Shown here: one piece after another, positions 16,978 through 26,900 of the stretch
Numbering within the stretch: position 1 is the stretch's first letter
Layout of the letters: each line of letters begins with the position of its first letter
Source of the DNA: Pseudoalteromonas translucida KMM 520
Lineage (GTDB): Bacteria; Pseudomonadota; Gammaproteobacteria; Enterobacterales; Alteromonadaceae
Direction of reading: 5' to 3'
Assembly (NCBI RefSeq): GCF_001465295.1
Contig: NZ_CP011034.1
Span: 3,300,001-3,332,000, forward strand
Length of the DNA stretch: 32,000 nt
Notes under the pieces: model-generated
The model's input: only the letters and a program-made list of their open reading frames with translations
Database searches by the model: none
Told to the model about the DNA's origin: nothing
Translations under genes and position numbers: made by a program

Positions 16978-17128
16978 ATGTCTGTAATTTAACAAACTTC
17001 GATTACTTATAACGCTAAATAACCTGAACTCTGGTTAAGAGATTTACGAACGTATTGAATCATGGTGATATTTAAATTTATTTTCTCTAGCCAGAGATAG
17101 ATTTATTATCCTGAGTTCAGGTTAAATA

Positions 17129-18082
17129 TTAACGACGATTTTTACGCGCTCGCGCTCGGCGTTGTAACTTTTCGTCTTCTTTGGCTTGCTTTTTAGCCGC
17201 CGCAGCCGCACGTAAACCAGCAACCATAATCTCTTCTTCCTCACGCATTTGTGGGGTTTCCATAGTAATGCGGCCAATAATGCCATCGCGTAGTTCGTTA
17301 ATTAAAATTTCCGACATTTTGTAAGTGTCTATTTGGTTACCACCACGAATACAACCACGCTTTTTACCCGCTAATTCAACAAACTCCCAGTCACTCTCTG
17401 GTAGTTCATCTATTTTGTAGCGTGTTTTTAATAGCTCAGGGTACGCCTTTATTAAATACTCAGCTGTGTAGCTCGCCACTTCTTCATACTCAAGTGCTGT
17501 ATCGCGTATTGCGCCAGTTGCGCCTAAGCGGTAACCCGAGTTTTCATTTTCAACTTTTGGCCATAGCATACCCGGCGTATCGTAAAGCATAATGCCGTCT
17601 TCAAGCTTAATACGTTGCTGCGCTTTAGTTACCGCAGGCTCGTTACCTGTTTTAGCAACTATACGCCCTGCTAACACATTAATTAACGTAGATTTACCCA
17701 CGTTAGGAATACCCATAATCATGGCTTTAATTTGCTTATCCGCACCCACCTTGTGTGGCACTAACTTTTTACACAGCTCATTAATACGGTGTACTTCAGC
17801 CGCTTTATCGTTACCAAAAGCAATTGCCTTTACGCCGTTTTCTTGCTCAAAGTAATCTTTCCATATTTGAGTCATTTTGGGATCAGCTAAATCGGCTTTA
17901 TTCAAAATTTTAATTACCGGTTTACCTTCACGCAGCGTCGCCACCATCGGGTTTTCGCTACTATAAGGAATGCGCGCATCAAGCACCTCAATAATCACAT
18001 CCATTTGCGGCATTATTTCTTTAATTTCGTTACGGGCTTTATTCATGTGCCCAGGGAACCACTGTATTCCTGCTCTACTCAT
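17129..18082 (-). CDS. rbgA: Ribosome biogenesis GTPase A (YlqF/RbgA, circularly permuted GTPase)
   Basis: 317 aa. IQWFPGHMNKARNEIKE..., NKADL (G4) precedes GIPNVGKSTLIN (G1) and DTPG (G3), the permuted order diagnostic of YlqF. It has a basic C-terminal tail. Confidence 0.9.
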   Translation of the reverse strand: MSRAGIQWFPGHMNKARNEIKEIMPQMDVIIEVLDARIPYSSENPMVATLREGKPVIKILNKADLADPKMTQIWKDYFEQENGVKAIAFGNDKAAEVHRINELCKKLVPHKVGADKQIKAMIMGIPNVGKSTLINVLAGRIVAKTGNEPAVTKAQQRIKLEDGIMLYDTPGMLWPKVENENSGYRLGATGAIRDTALEYEEVASYTAEYLIKAYPELLKTRYKIDELPESDWEFVELAGKKRGCIRGGNQIDTYKMSEILINELRDGIIGRITMETPQMREEEEIMVAGLRAAAAAKKQAKEDEKLQRRARARKNRR

Positions 18083-18571
18083 TTGATTTGCAAACCTTTT
18101 ATTCTAACCCATAACGCCATGGGTACTGTGTGGGGTACTAAAGAGTACAATTACACTTTTTGTACTTGGCTAATAGTGTCAGTTTACTACACAAAGAGGA
18201 TTTAATTCTTCTTAAAATAAACTAGCCGTTGAAACTTTAATCACGTTATCGCGCTAAAGCTTTGATAGAAAAGTATCTTGTTTACGCTCGGATAAAAAGT
18301 ATGTGGTTACATTAAATAAATTCTCTTTATTTTTCAGGCTATAAGGCATACAACTAATAAAATAACCTCATGCCCAATACAAACTAAAAACAAAAAATTC
18401 AATCCCATGAATAAAGCCCAATTAACCTCTATAAAACATAACTAACAATTATTAATCTTACTCAGTAAATTGATATGGCAGCGGTTAAACACTATTGTAA
18501 ATTTCTTGCTATTTTCACAGGCAATTCATTTAATTGCGCTATACTGGCGAAAATTTTTCAAATAAGTAGTT

Positions 18572-19108
18572 ATGGCTCTTAAATCCACCATTATGAAAGT
18601 GCAGTTGTCGCTTAGCGATATGGACCGTCACGTTTACCAAGATTTTAATTTAACCTTGGCTCAGCATCCTTCAGAAACCGAACAACGTTTGATGATCCGC
18701 TTACTCGCTTTTGCACTCAATAGCTGTGATGGTTTAGAATTTACCAAAGGGTTAAGTTCTGACGATGAGCCCGAGCTGTGGCATAAAAACTACAGTGAAG
18801 AAATAGAGCTGTGGATAGAGCTGGGCTTACCTGACGAAAAGCGCCTTAAAAAAGCCTGTAATAAAGCTAAAAAAGTGGTGCTTTACACTTATGGCGAAAA
18901 CAACCAAGCTATTTGGTGGCAAAAACAGCAGCCTAAATTACGTGATTTTAAAAACCTTAGTATATTTAGTTTAGATTATGGTGTTACTCAAGCTTTGGCC
19001 AATTTGGTTGATCGTAATATAAAGCTTGCTATTACTATTCAAGATGGCGAAATGTGGGTTAATACCGACACGACCAATATTGAAATAAAACCACAGCAGT
19101 TAATGTGA
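18572..19108 (+). CDS. yaeQ: YaeQ family protein (PD-(D/E)XK-like fold)
   Basis: 178 aa. MALKSTIMKVQLSLSDMDRHVYQDFNLTLAQHPSETEQRLMIRLLAF...DDEPELW...LWIELGLPDEKRLKKAC is collinear with my recollection of E. coli YaeQ. Confidence 0.9.
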   Translation: MALKSTIMKVQLSLSDMDRHVYQDFNLTLAQHPSETEQRLMIRLLAFALNSCDGLEFTKGLSSDDEPELWHKNYSEEIELWIELGLPDEKRLKKACNKAKKVVLYTYGENNQAIWWQKQQPKLRDFKNLSIFSLDYGVTQALANLVDRNIKLAITIQDGEMWVNTDTTNIEIKPQQLM

Positions 19109-19129
19109 TAACACCAAGGTGAGGGGCGT

Positions 19130-19735
19130 ATGAAGGTTAAGCAGGTTATTGTTTTACACGGCTTATATATGTCTGGCTTTGTGATGCGCCCGTTGTGCTC
19201 TCGCTTAAAAAGTTCTGGCGTAAAAGTGTTAAACCTCACTTACAATACGCTTACTCCTAATCGCGATGCTATTTTTGCGCAAATAGATGAATTTATAGGC
19301 GATCAGCCTTCGGCTTTTGTTTGCCATTCTATGGGCGGGCTTGTTGCTCGTGCGTATCTTGAGGCGAACTCGCCTGCAAGCCAACATGTTGAAAAAGTAA
19401 TTACTTTAGGCACCCCACATAAAGGCAGCCATATTGCGCAAAAAATGCAGCAAAAAGGGTTTGAATCTTTTTTAAAAAATAGCGTAGAGTTTTTACTTTC
19501 TAAAAACGGTAATTGGCCTTTTAAAGCCAAACTTTACAGTATTGCTGGTGATTTACCCATAGGGCTTATGCCGCTTATTGTTAAAGGCAGTTGCTCTGAT
19601 GGCACTGTATTACTTGATGAAACCAAGCTCAAAGGTATGGCCGAACATAAAGTGTTTCATTTAAGCCATACCAGTATGATTTACTCTCGCCAAGTACTCG
19701 ATTATATTTTAGAGCGCTTAAACAAAGACGATTAA
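19130..19735 (+). CDS. Small alpha/beta hydrolase (lipase/esterase-like, GxSxG = HSMGG)
   Basis: 201 aa. VIVLHGLYMSG, nucleophile elbow CHSMGGLVAR, LGTPHKGS. A GGTGAGGGG RBS lies upstream, 21 nt after yaeQ, so the two are probably co-transcribed. Confidence 0.7.
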   Translation: MKVKQVIVLHGLYMSGFVMRPLCSRLKSSGVKVLNLTYNTLTPNRDAIFAQIDEFIGDQPSAFVCHSMGGLVARAYLEANSPASQHVEKVITLGTPHKGSHIAQKMQQKGFESFLKNSVEFLLSKNGNWPFKAKLYSIAGDLPIGLMPLIVKGSCSDGTVLLDETKLKGMAEHKVFHLSHTSMIYSRQVLDYILERLNKDD

Positions 19736-19986
19736 TCTTCTGCCGCTGCTGCAATTTTATAACTAATCAAAAATATAATGCCTAATACTAGTGGTATAGG
19801 TGCGGCTATATAACCAAAAGTATCAAAGTTAGCAAAGCTGGCACTGGCTAAATGCGCGATTACGCCAATTAAAAACACTACCACGGCGATACCCGTTACG
19901 ATTAATTCAGCTTTATGTTGTTTAACTGTTTTTGTGCTCACTTTATTTCTCCTAATAATTGCTACCTCTTTATTATGCATTACCAA
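19732..19986 (-). CDS. Hypothetical small membrane protein (2 predicted TM helices)
   Basis: 84 aa with a basic N-terminus followed by two hydrophobic helices. Its stop codon overlaps the hydrolase stop convergently (TTAA at 19732-19735). There is no homology evidence. Confidence 0.4.
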   Translation of the reverse strand: MVMHNKEVAIIRRNKVSTKTVKQHKAELIVTGIAVVVFLIGVIAHLASASFANFDTFGYIAAPIPLVLGIIFLISYKIAAAAED

Positions 19987-20281
19987 GTAGAGTGATTTTT
20001 GACCTAAATCAACTAATGCTACAGCGGCGCATTTAACCTGTTTAAAGCTTGTTTTGGATCATGATTTGTAGTGTTGAAGATATATTTTCCCTCCAGGGGT
20101 GGTATTTTAATTAATCCGACCCATTACTATTAATGATCTATTTATTATTTTTATAAGTAATGTAAATACACGATTTATTTAAGCTATTAATCCCATCTAT
20201 TTAAATTATTTTACTAACTGCTGGTGATGGGTAATACTCATTAGCAGTTAACGTTATTAACGGTTATTTAAGGAACAAGCT

Positions 20282-20755
20282 ATGTCACAGGTAAATGCTA
20301 TTGGTTTAAACAGCGCAAAAAGTGAAGACATTATTGAGTCATTAAACTCGCTACTGAGCAGCTATCAAATTCAGTACATGAACGCACGTGGGTTTCATTG
20401 GAATATTAAAGGCCGTAATTTTTTTGAACTACACATTAAGTTTGAAGAAATCTATAACTTATTGCTTTTAAAAGTAGATGAAGTTGCTGAGCGTATTTTA
20501 ACGCTAGATGGCGCACCACTGCATGCGTTTTCAGATTACCTAGAAGTAAGTAAAATTAAAGAAGCTAAAGGTATTAGCGACGGTGTAGCTGCAGTAGAGA
20601 ACTTACTTGCAGGTTACAGCGTATTAATTAAAATGCAGCGCGAAATTTTAAGCCAAGCAGCCGATGCAGACGACGAAGGTACTGCGTCACTAATGAGTGA
20701 TTATATTTCAGAGCAAGAAAAACTTGTTTGGATGTTAAAAGCTTATTTAGATTAA
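20282..20755 (+). CDS. dps: Dps family DNA-protection/ferritin-like protein
   Basis: 157 aa. Dps-like ferroxidase-centre pattern: GFHWNIKGRNFFELHIKFEE...DEVAERI. Confidence 0.9.
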   Translation: MSQVNAIGLNSAKSEDIIESLNSLLSSYQIQYMNARGFHWNIKGRNFFELHIKFEEIYNLLLLKVDEVAERILTLDGAPLHAFSDYLEVSKIKEAKGISDGVAAVENLLAGYSVLIKMQREILSQAADADDEGTASLMSDYISEQEKLVWMLKAYLD

Positions 20756-20800
20756 TAAAATTTAAATGCATTAACCGCTGTATTTAAGCAGCTCTAAAAT

Positions 20801-20838
20801 AAAAAACATCGCCTACTTTACAGTGGCGATGTTTTTAT
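20801..20838. terminator. Bidirectional terminator between dps (+) and ptrB (-)
   Basis: 9-bp stem AACATCGCC/GGCGATGTT with an 11-nt loop, flanked by an A-run and a T-run. Confidence 0.7.
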
Positions 20839-20860
20839 TTATGCACTTTTTAATTATTGC

Positions 20861-22939
20861 CTAATTATTTAATAAGGCGATAAAAAAGGCCATTTCGAGC
20901 GCTCTTTCTTCTAAGCTTTTAAAACGCCCAGATGCGCCACCGTGTCCGGCATCCATATCGGTTTTAAATACTAAAATATTATTATCGGTTTTTAGCTCGC
21001 GCATTTTAGCTACCCACTTCATCGGTTCCCAATATTGTACCTGTGAGTCGTGCAGCCCTGTGGTTATTAGCATATGCGGATACTCTTGCGCGCAAATATT
21101 ATCGTACGGCGAGTAGGCAGCAATTACATCGTAAAATTGCGCATCGTTGGGATTACCCCACTCGTCGTATTCGTTGGTGGTAAGCGGAATACTTTCATCT
21201 AACATAGTGGTTAGCACATCTAAAAATGGCACATGACAACCAACGCCACAATAAAGCTCAGGTGCTTGGTTTACCACGGCTCCCATTAATAAACCACCTG
21301 CACTGCCACCCGATGCAAATACTTTATTTTTATCGCCGTAACCTTGCTCAACCAGCGCTTTAGTAACGTCTATAAAGTCGTTAAAGCTGTTTTGTTTATG
21401 TTGTTTTTTTCCTTGCTCGTACCACTGCCTGCCTAACATTTCTGAGCCGCGCACATGCGCAATAACATACACAAAGCCGCGATCGAGTAAGCTTAATGAT
21501 GTACTCGAAAAACTAGGATCAATAGTGTAGCCATAAGCACCATAGCCATATTGAAACAACGGATTAGTACCGTCCTTTTTAAAGCTCTCTTTACGGTAAA
21601 CAACAGATACAGGTACTTTCACGCCATCGCGCGCAGTTACCATTAGGCGCTCTGACTGATAATTGTCGGCGTTAAAGTCCCCTAATATTTGCTGTTGTTT
21701 TAGTAAGGTTTTTTCACCTGTAGTTAAATCAACATCGTATAACGAGCCGGGCGTAGTTAAGCTTGAGTAGTAAATGCGGGCACTGCGTGATTCTGGCTCT
21801 GGATTCATTGCTATGGCGGCGTAGTAGCAAGGATCTTCAAACGCTAATGTCATGCGCTCACCTTGTTTATTAACAACCACAAAACGGGCTTGCCCTTGCT
21901 CGCGCTCACTTAATACTAAAAAGTCGTTAAATAACTCAACACCTTCAAGCAGTACATCATCGCGATGAGCGGTGTGCTGCTGCCACTGGGTTTTGTCGGC
22001 AATGGTTTTACTGGTTGCGGTCATTAAGCGAAAGTTTTTGGCTTGCCAATTAGTCACTATGTAAAAAGTATCGCCAAGCTTATCAACGTCAAATTCATGG
22101 CCTTCTTCGCGTGGCATTAATGCGTTGAACTCGCCGTTTGGCTGGTCAGCATCAAGCACCCAAGTGTCGTTAGTTTCGGTGCTGGCTAAATCAATAATAA
22201 TAAGGCTTTCGTCGCGACTTTTGCCCAGCCCCATAAAAAAGCTGCTGTCTTGCTCTTCGTACACCATTACATCTTGGCTTTGCTCTGTACCCAGCACGTG
22301 CCTATATACTTGGTAACCTAATAATGTTTTTAGATCTTTTTTAACGTAAAAAACCGTTTTACTGTCGTTAGCCCAAACCACTTGGCCTTCGGTATTTTCT
22401 AACTTATCGGTGAGCATTTCGTCAGTGGTTATATTTTTAAAGTGCACGGTATAAATACGACGCCCTTCAGTATCTTCTGAGTACGCCATTAATTGCTCAC
22501 ACGGGCTCAGTGCTACTTCGCCTAGCTCAAAAAACTCAAATCCGGCGGCTAGCTTATTTACATCTAATAAAATTTGCTTATCGCTAGTACTCATATCACT
22601 ACTGCGATAATGACGAGAATATTCGTCATCGCCACGCACTTCAGAGTGATACCAGTATTTGCCATCTTTAACCGGCACTGTGTTGTCGTCTTTTACAATA
22701 CGGCCTTTTAGCTCTTCAAAAAGGATGTTTTGTAATGGCTTCATTGGCGCTAATTGTGCTTCACAATAGCTGTTTTCAGCATGTAAATGCGCTAATACAT
22801 CTTTATTTTGACGTTCGTCATCACGCATCCAATAGTAATTGTCGATACGTGTTTTATCGTGTGTGTTAAGGGTATAGGCTTGCTTTTCAGCAATAGGGGA
22901 GCTTGGCAGCAAGGCCAAAGAAAAATCAGAAGTAGACAC
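20861..22939 (-). CDS. ptrB: Oligopeptidase B (S9A prolyl oligopeptidase family serine protease)
   Basis: 692 aa. N-terminal DNYYWMRDDER, a beta-propeller region, a catalytic GGSAGGLLMG, and a C-terminal DSQVQYWEPMKW...GHGG. Confidence 0.9.
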   Translation of the reverse strand: MSTSDFSLALLPSSPIAEKQAYTLNTHDKTRIDNYYWMRDDERQNKDVLAHLHAENSYCEAQLAPMKPLQNILFEELKGRIVKDDNTVPVKDGKYWYHSEVRGDDEYSRHYRSSDMSTSDKQILLDVNKLAAGFEFFELGEVALSPCEQLMAYSEDTEGRRIYTVHFKNITTDEMLTDKLENTEGQVVWANDSKTVFYVKKDLKTLLGYQVYRHVLGTEQSQDVMVYEEQDSSFFMGLGKSRDESLIIIDLASTETNDTWVLDADQPNGEFNALMPREEGHEFDVDKLGDTFYIVTNWQAKNFRLMTATSKTIADKTQWQQHTAHRDDVLLEGVELFNDFLVLSEREQGQARFVVVNKQGERMTLAFEDPCYYAAIAMNPEPESRSARIYYSSLTTPGSLYDVDLTTGEKTLLKQQQILGDFNADNYQSERLMVTARDGVKVPVSVVYRKESFKKDGTNPLFQYGYGAYGYTIDPSFSSTSLSLLDRGFVYVIAHVRGSEMLGRQWYEQGKKQHKQNSFNDFIDVTKALVEQGYGDKNKVFASGGSAGGLLMGAVVNQAPELYCGVGCHVPFLDVLTTMLDESIPLTTNEYDEWGNPNDAQFYDVIAAYSPYDNICAQEYPHMLITTGLHDSQVQYWEPMKWVAKMRELKTDNNILVFKTDMDAGHGGASGRFKSLEERALEMAFFIALLNN

Positions 22940-22986
22940 AAATAAACCGATTAAAAAATAACAATATTTGCCAGTTTACCATAAAA

Positions 22987-23017
22987 ATAAAAAAGCCCAC
23001 TCATTGCTGAGCGGGCT
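22987..23017 (-). terminator. Probable terminator downstream of the 190-aa orphan gene
   Basis: On the minus strand, an AGCCCGCTCA/TGAGTGGGCT stem (one mismatch) with a 4-nt loop is followed by a T6 run. Confidence 0.55.
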
Positions 23018-23130
23018 AAACGGTATAAGTACAATTACTAAAATTTCTGCAATTTTTATTGTTGTCTTTATACCTTGGGAAGAGAGCACCTTGGGGAAAT
23101 AATTCCAATTCAAAACTATATACTGACTGT

Positions 23131-23703
23131 TTACTTTATTTGCTGCCAAGCCATAGCCCAGCTTTTACCCACTCCGGGTTCAAACATGGCACTTTGCTCA
23201 CCATTAACACGGCAATACTCACTAAATGGCCATGCTTTACACTGATAAATATGCCCTGTTTTGGGCTGCAATACTTTTATGCCTGCATTATAATTATCGC
23301 CACCAGCGGGATAAACACAATCGTATTCTTCGCTATTTTCTATCACCGACACATTGCGTTTAGCCAAACAATTAACACTAACATCCGCTTTACAAATACC
23401 GCTTGATTCTAGTGCAAATATTTGATTATAACGATAAGCAACTACTAGCCCTGTATCAGTCATACGCCCTGCGCTAACTAAGGGAATATGCACATTAATA
23501 TATTCTGCTATTAGCCGCGGCCACGTATTAGGCTCTCCCTGCTCAGATACCGTCACTTCATAACTAAATGATAAATCGACTAGCTCTCCTTGCATGTCAT
23601 AAAAGGTTACTACCACAGAATCGCCAATAGATAATTGGACATCCTGATTTAAGCAACCTATTGGTGTCCATTTTCCACAGACCAATGACGTATGCATAAA
23701 CAC
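23131..23703 (-). CDS. Hypothetical protein with a Cys/Trp-rich C-terminal module resembling a CBM5/12 (chitin-binding type 3)-like domain
   Basis: 190 aa. The C-terminal roughly 50 aa read YNAGIKVLQPKTGHIYQCKAWPFSEYC...FEPGVGKSWAMAWQQIK, an aromatic spacing reminiscent of small carbohydrate-binding modules. No signal peptide is seen. The start (GTG 23703 or ATG 23697) is uncertain. Confidence 0.5.
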   Translation of the reverse strand: MFMHTSLVCGKWTPIGCLNQDVQLSIGDSVVVTFYDMQGELVDLSFSYEVTVSEQGEPNTWPRLIAEYINVHIPLVSAGRMTDTGLVVAYRYNQIFALESSGICKADVSVNCLAKRNVSVIENSEEYDCVYPAGGDNYNAGIKVLQPKTGHIYQCKAWPFSEYCRVNGEQSAMFEPGVGKSWAMAWQQIK

Positions 23704-23904
23704 AGCAACACCTTAAAATCCAAACCTTGCATTGGTAATATACAAATACACAGCCAAGATGGTTAGAGCAATAAACAAACAAATGTAAACTAAAGATTAG
23801 CTCAGTTTATTAATAAGGTGCAGATTATAATTCGCAAGCTTGCAACAATCAAACAAAAGAATGTAACCAAGATTTAAATCTAATACTTAAGCTCTATACA
23901 AAAC

Positions 23905-23936
23905 AAAAAGCCAACCTGATTACGGTTGGCTTTTTG
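23905..23936. terminator. Bidirectional terminator after the RND operon
   Basis: AAAAA-AGCCAACC-TGATTAC-GGTTGGCT-TTTT, about 27 nt downstream of the RND permease stop on the minus strand. Confidence 0.7.
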
Positions 23937-23962
23937 CTTTGCTGCTTACTTACAATGCTATT

Positions 23963-26900
23963 TTAAATTGTAGCTTTAGTGGTTTTTTTACTAAACGGGC
24001 GTTTAAATAACGCGCCTATATCCGTTAAAATAATATATAAACACGGTACTAATATCAGTGTTATTAAAGTAGCAAACATGACAGCAAAGCCCAGCGCTAC
24101 TGCCATTGGGGTAACAAATTTAGCTTGTAGGCTGGTTTCAAACATAATGGGTAATACCCCTGCAAAGGTAGTAATTGAGGTGAGCAATATAGCTCTAAAG
24201 CGTGCACAGCCTGCCTCAATAACGGCATCTTTAATACTTACGCCGTTACGGCGTACTTGGTTTACATAATCGGTCATAACTAGGGAGTCGTTTATTACTA
24301 CCCCTGCAGCGGCTATTAAACCAAAGCCCGACATTAAACTAATATCTAAACCAAACCAATAATGCCCCCAAATAGCACCCGTTAAGCTAAACGGAATAAC
24401 CGACATAACAATAAGCGGTTGCGAGTAACTTTTTAATGGCACAGCCAGTAAAATATAAACGAGGATCATGCCGCCAATAAAAAACATCATTTGCTCACTT
24501 GCTTGCGCTTGTTGCTCCTCTATTGCACCACCTAGCTCAGATTTAACTGTAGGGAACTCATCTTTAAGCTGCGGCAATAAGTTTTCTTTAACTTGTTTAA
24601 CTACTTCACCTGGCTCTATTTGTTCTTCGTCAATGTTGCCATATACATAAACTGTACGATAGCCTCCTTCACGGCGAATATAACTAATGCCTGGTGTTTC
24701 GGTTAGCTCAACTACATCACCGAGTAATACCTCACGCCCTTTTGGTGTGGTGATCACTGCATGCTTAAGTGATGAAAATGCTTCGCGGGTAAGCTTAGGG
24801 TAACGAACCATTACACGTACTTCTTCGCCGTTTCTGATCACGCGCTGCGCTTCACCACCATAAAAGCTAGCACCTACTTGGTTGGCAACACTCGAAAGAT
24901 CTAACCCTAAGTCGTAGGCAACCGGTTTTAAGCTCATTTGCACTTCTTTACTAGCAGGGTCAATGGTCGAGCTAATATCGAACAAGCCTTTTTGTTGCTG
25001 TAGTAATTGAATAAAACGACGCCCTGCATTATTTAGCGTGTCTATGTCTGAGCCATACAATAAATAGCCAAACTCACCATTACCATTGGCACCACCGCCG
25101 CCAGCATCGTCTTGAATAGTTAACGACTTAACGCCAGCTATGGTTGGCATAGCTTCACGCCAACGACGCGATAACTCAAAGGCGTTATACGGACGTAAGT
25201 CTTCATCAACTAATGGCGCTAATAACTGCGACTCTGTTCTACCTTGGTTAAATACCAAGATATCGCGTATCATTTTTTTACCAAATTCACGCTCGGTTGC
25301 TTCATCAACTTGCAGCACCATAGCTTCAATATCGCGAATAGCTGCAATGGTTTGTATGTCAGAGACATTATCATTCATTTCTACACGTATTTGTGGAAAG
25401 TCGTGCGGTACTTTAGGGGTGGGTACAGTACGTACTTTGTTTGAGGTAATTAACCCAACGCTAAGAATAAGCATTGCTATAAATGCAAACATCACCGTCC
25501 AGCGCCATTCTACGCAGCGCACAATAAAGCGTTTATACGGGCCATTTACAAAGCCAAAAAAGCGGGTATTAAAGCGATCGCGCCAACTGCCTTTTTTAAT
25601 AGGTGCAAAGTGCGTATGAGCAATATGCGCCGGTAAAATTAGTTTTGATTCAACCAAACTAAATACTAAGCACAGCATTACCACTACCGCTATACCGTAA
25701 AAAAACGCGCTTTCTGGGCCGCTCGATAAGGTAAATGGTGCAAACACAGCAATTGTGGTTAATACGCCAAAGGTCGCGGGCGTTGCAACACGCTTAGCAC
25801 CGCGCACCACGCTTTCAACACCACCGCCACTTTTTTCTATTTCGGTGTAGGCGCTCTCTCCTATGACTATGGCGTCGTCCACCACTATTCCTAGCACCAT
25901 AATAAACGCAAATAACGAAATAATATTAATGCTAATACCAAATACCGGCATCATCATCATTGCACCTAAAAAGCACACTGGCAGCCCTAGCATTACCCAC
26001 AGCGCCAGTTTAAAACGCAAAAATAACGACAACATAATTGCCACTAAAATAGCGCCCTGAAACAAGTTGGCTTTCATCATATCGAGGCGAGCATTTAGAT
26101 AATAAGTCATATCCATTAATGGCTCTAACCGTATACTGGGTGGCAGCTGATTATTTTTTTGCTCTATAAATGCTTTAACCGACTCGGCAACCGGGATCAT
26201 GTTTTGCTCTTGGGTTGCTTTAACCGAAAGATACACCGCATTTTGCCCATTAAACTTAAAGTAGCGCTCACCTTCGGTAAATTGATCTTTAATTATGGCA
26301 ATATCTTGCAACAACACTTTTGCGCCATACTCGCCAATTTTTACCGGTATTTTGCGAAACTCTTCGCCGCTATAAAATTGATTTTCTACGCGTACCGAAA
26401 TAACTCCCGAGTCAGTTTTTAGCTGCCCTGCCGAAAAGTTAGCTGAATATCTGCGTACTGCATTCATTACATCGCTTAAGGTTAAGTTATATTGGCGCAG
26501 TGTATCGGGTTCAATTTCAATGGCTATTTCATCAAGTGGCACATCGTTAACAACTAACGACACATTAGAAAGCTGTAATAACTCACTCTCTATTTGGTTA
26601 GCAATTGGCTTAAGCTCGCTTAGCGGCAGGTCGGCTACTAAGGTCATGCCTATTACGTCTTGCCTAAACTCTACTTGGCTAATTGTTACCGGCTCCATAC
26701 CGCCAGGGAACGTTGCTATACCATCTACGCGAAGTTTTACTTTATCGAGCACGTCGGTAAGTTTAACATCGGTATTTATTTCTAAGCTAGCACGGCCACC
26801 ATTACGAAACGCACGGTACACGCCTTTTTTAATTTCGGTTACATCCTTAAGCGACTCCTCAATTTTTATGAGAATGCTTTCTTCTATTTCTTGTGGCGAC

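Noticed and set aside
18005-18205. 66-aa + strand ORF across the rbgA start region
   Set aside because: It overlaps the 5' end of rbgA antisense and runs into AT-rich intergenic DNA. It has no RBS or conservation signal.
20100-20281. Possible OxyR/Fur site and inverted repeats (e.g. TAACTGCT..AGCAGTTA at about 20216-20251) upstream of dps
   Set aside because: Hand alignment to the Fur consensus was poor (about 9/19), and I could not match an OxyR-type motif. The short 7-8 bp repeats in AT-rich DNA are not compelling.
23059-23406. 115-aa + strand ORF overlapping the 190-aa minus-strand orphan
   Set aside because: The translation is low-complexity and Ile/Phe/Thr-rich with no motif. The opposite-strand ORF has a structured, domain-like C-terminus and its own terminator, so I prefer it, though neither is proven.
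25140-25619. 159-aa + strand ORF, plus 23979-24269, 24468-24650, 25244-25444, 25863-26060, 26159-26422, 26520-26912 and 27746-27967
   Set aside because: All lie antisense within the RND permease or adaptor genes, whose own translations are unmistakable. I treat them as non-coding shadow frames.
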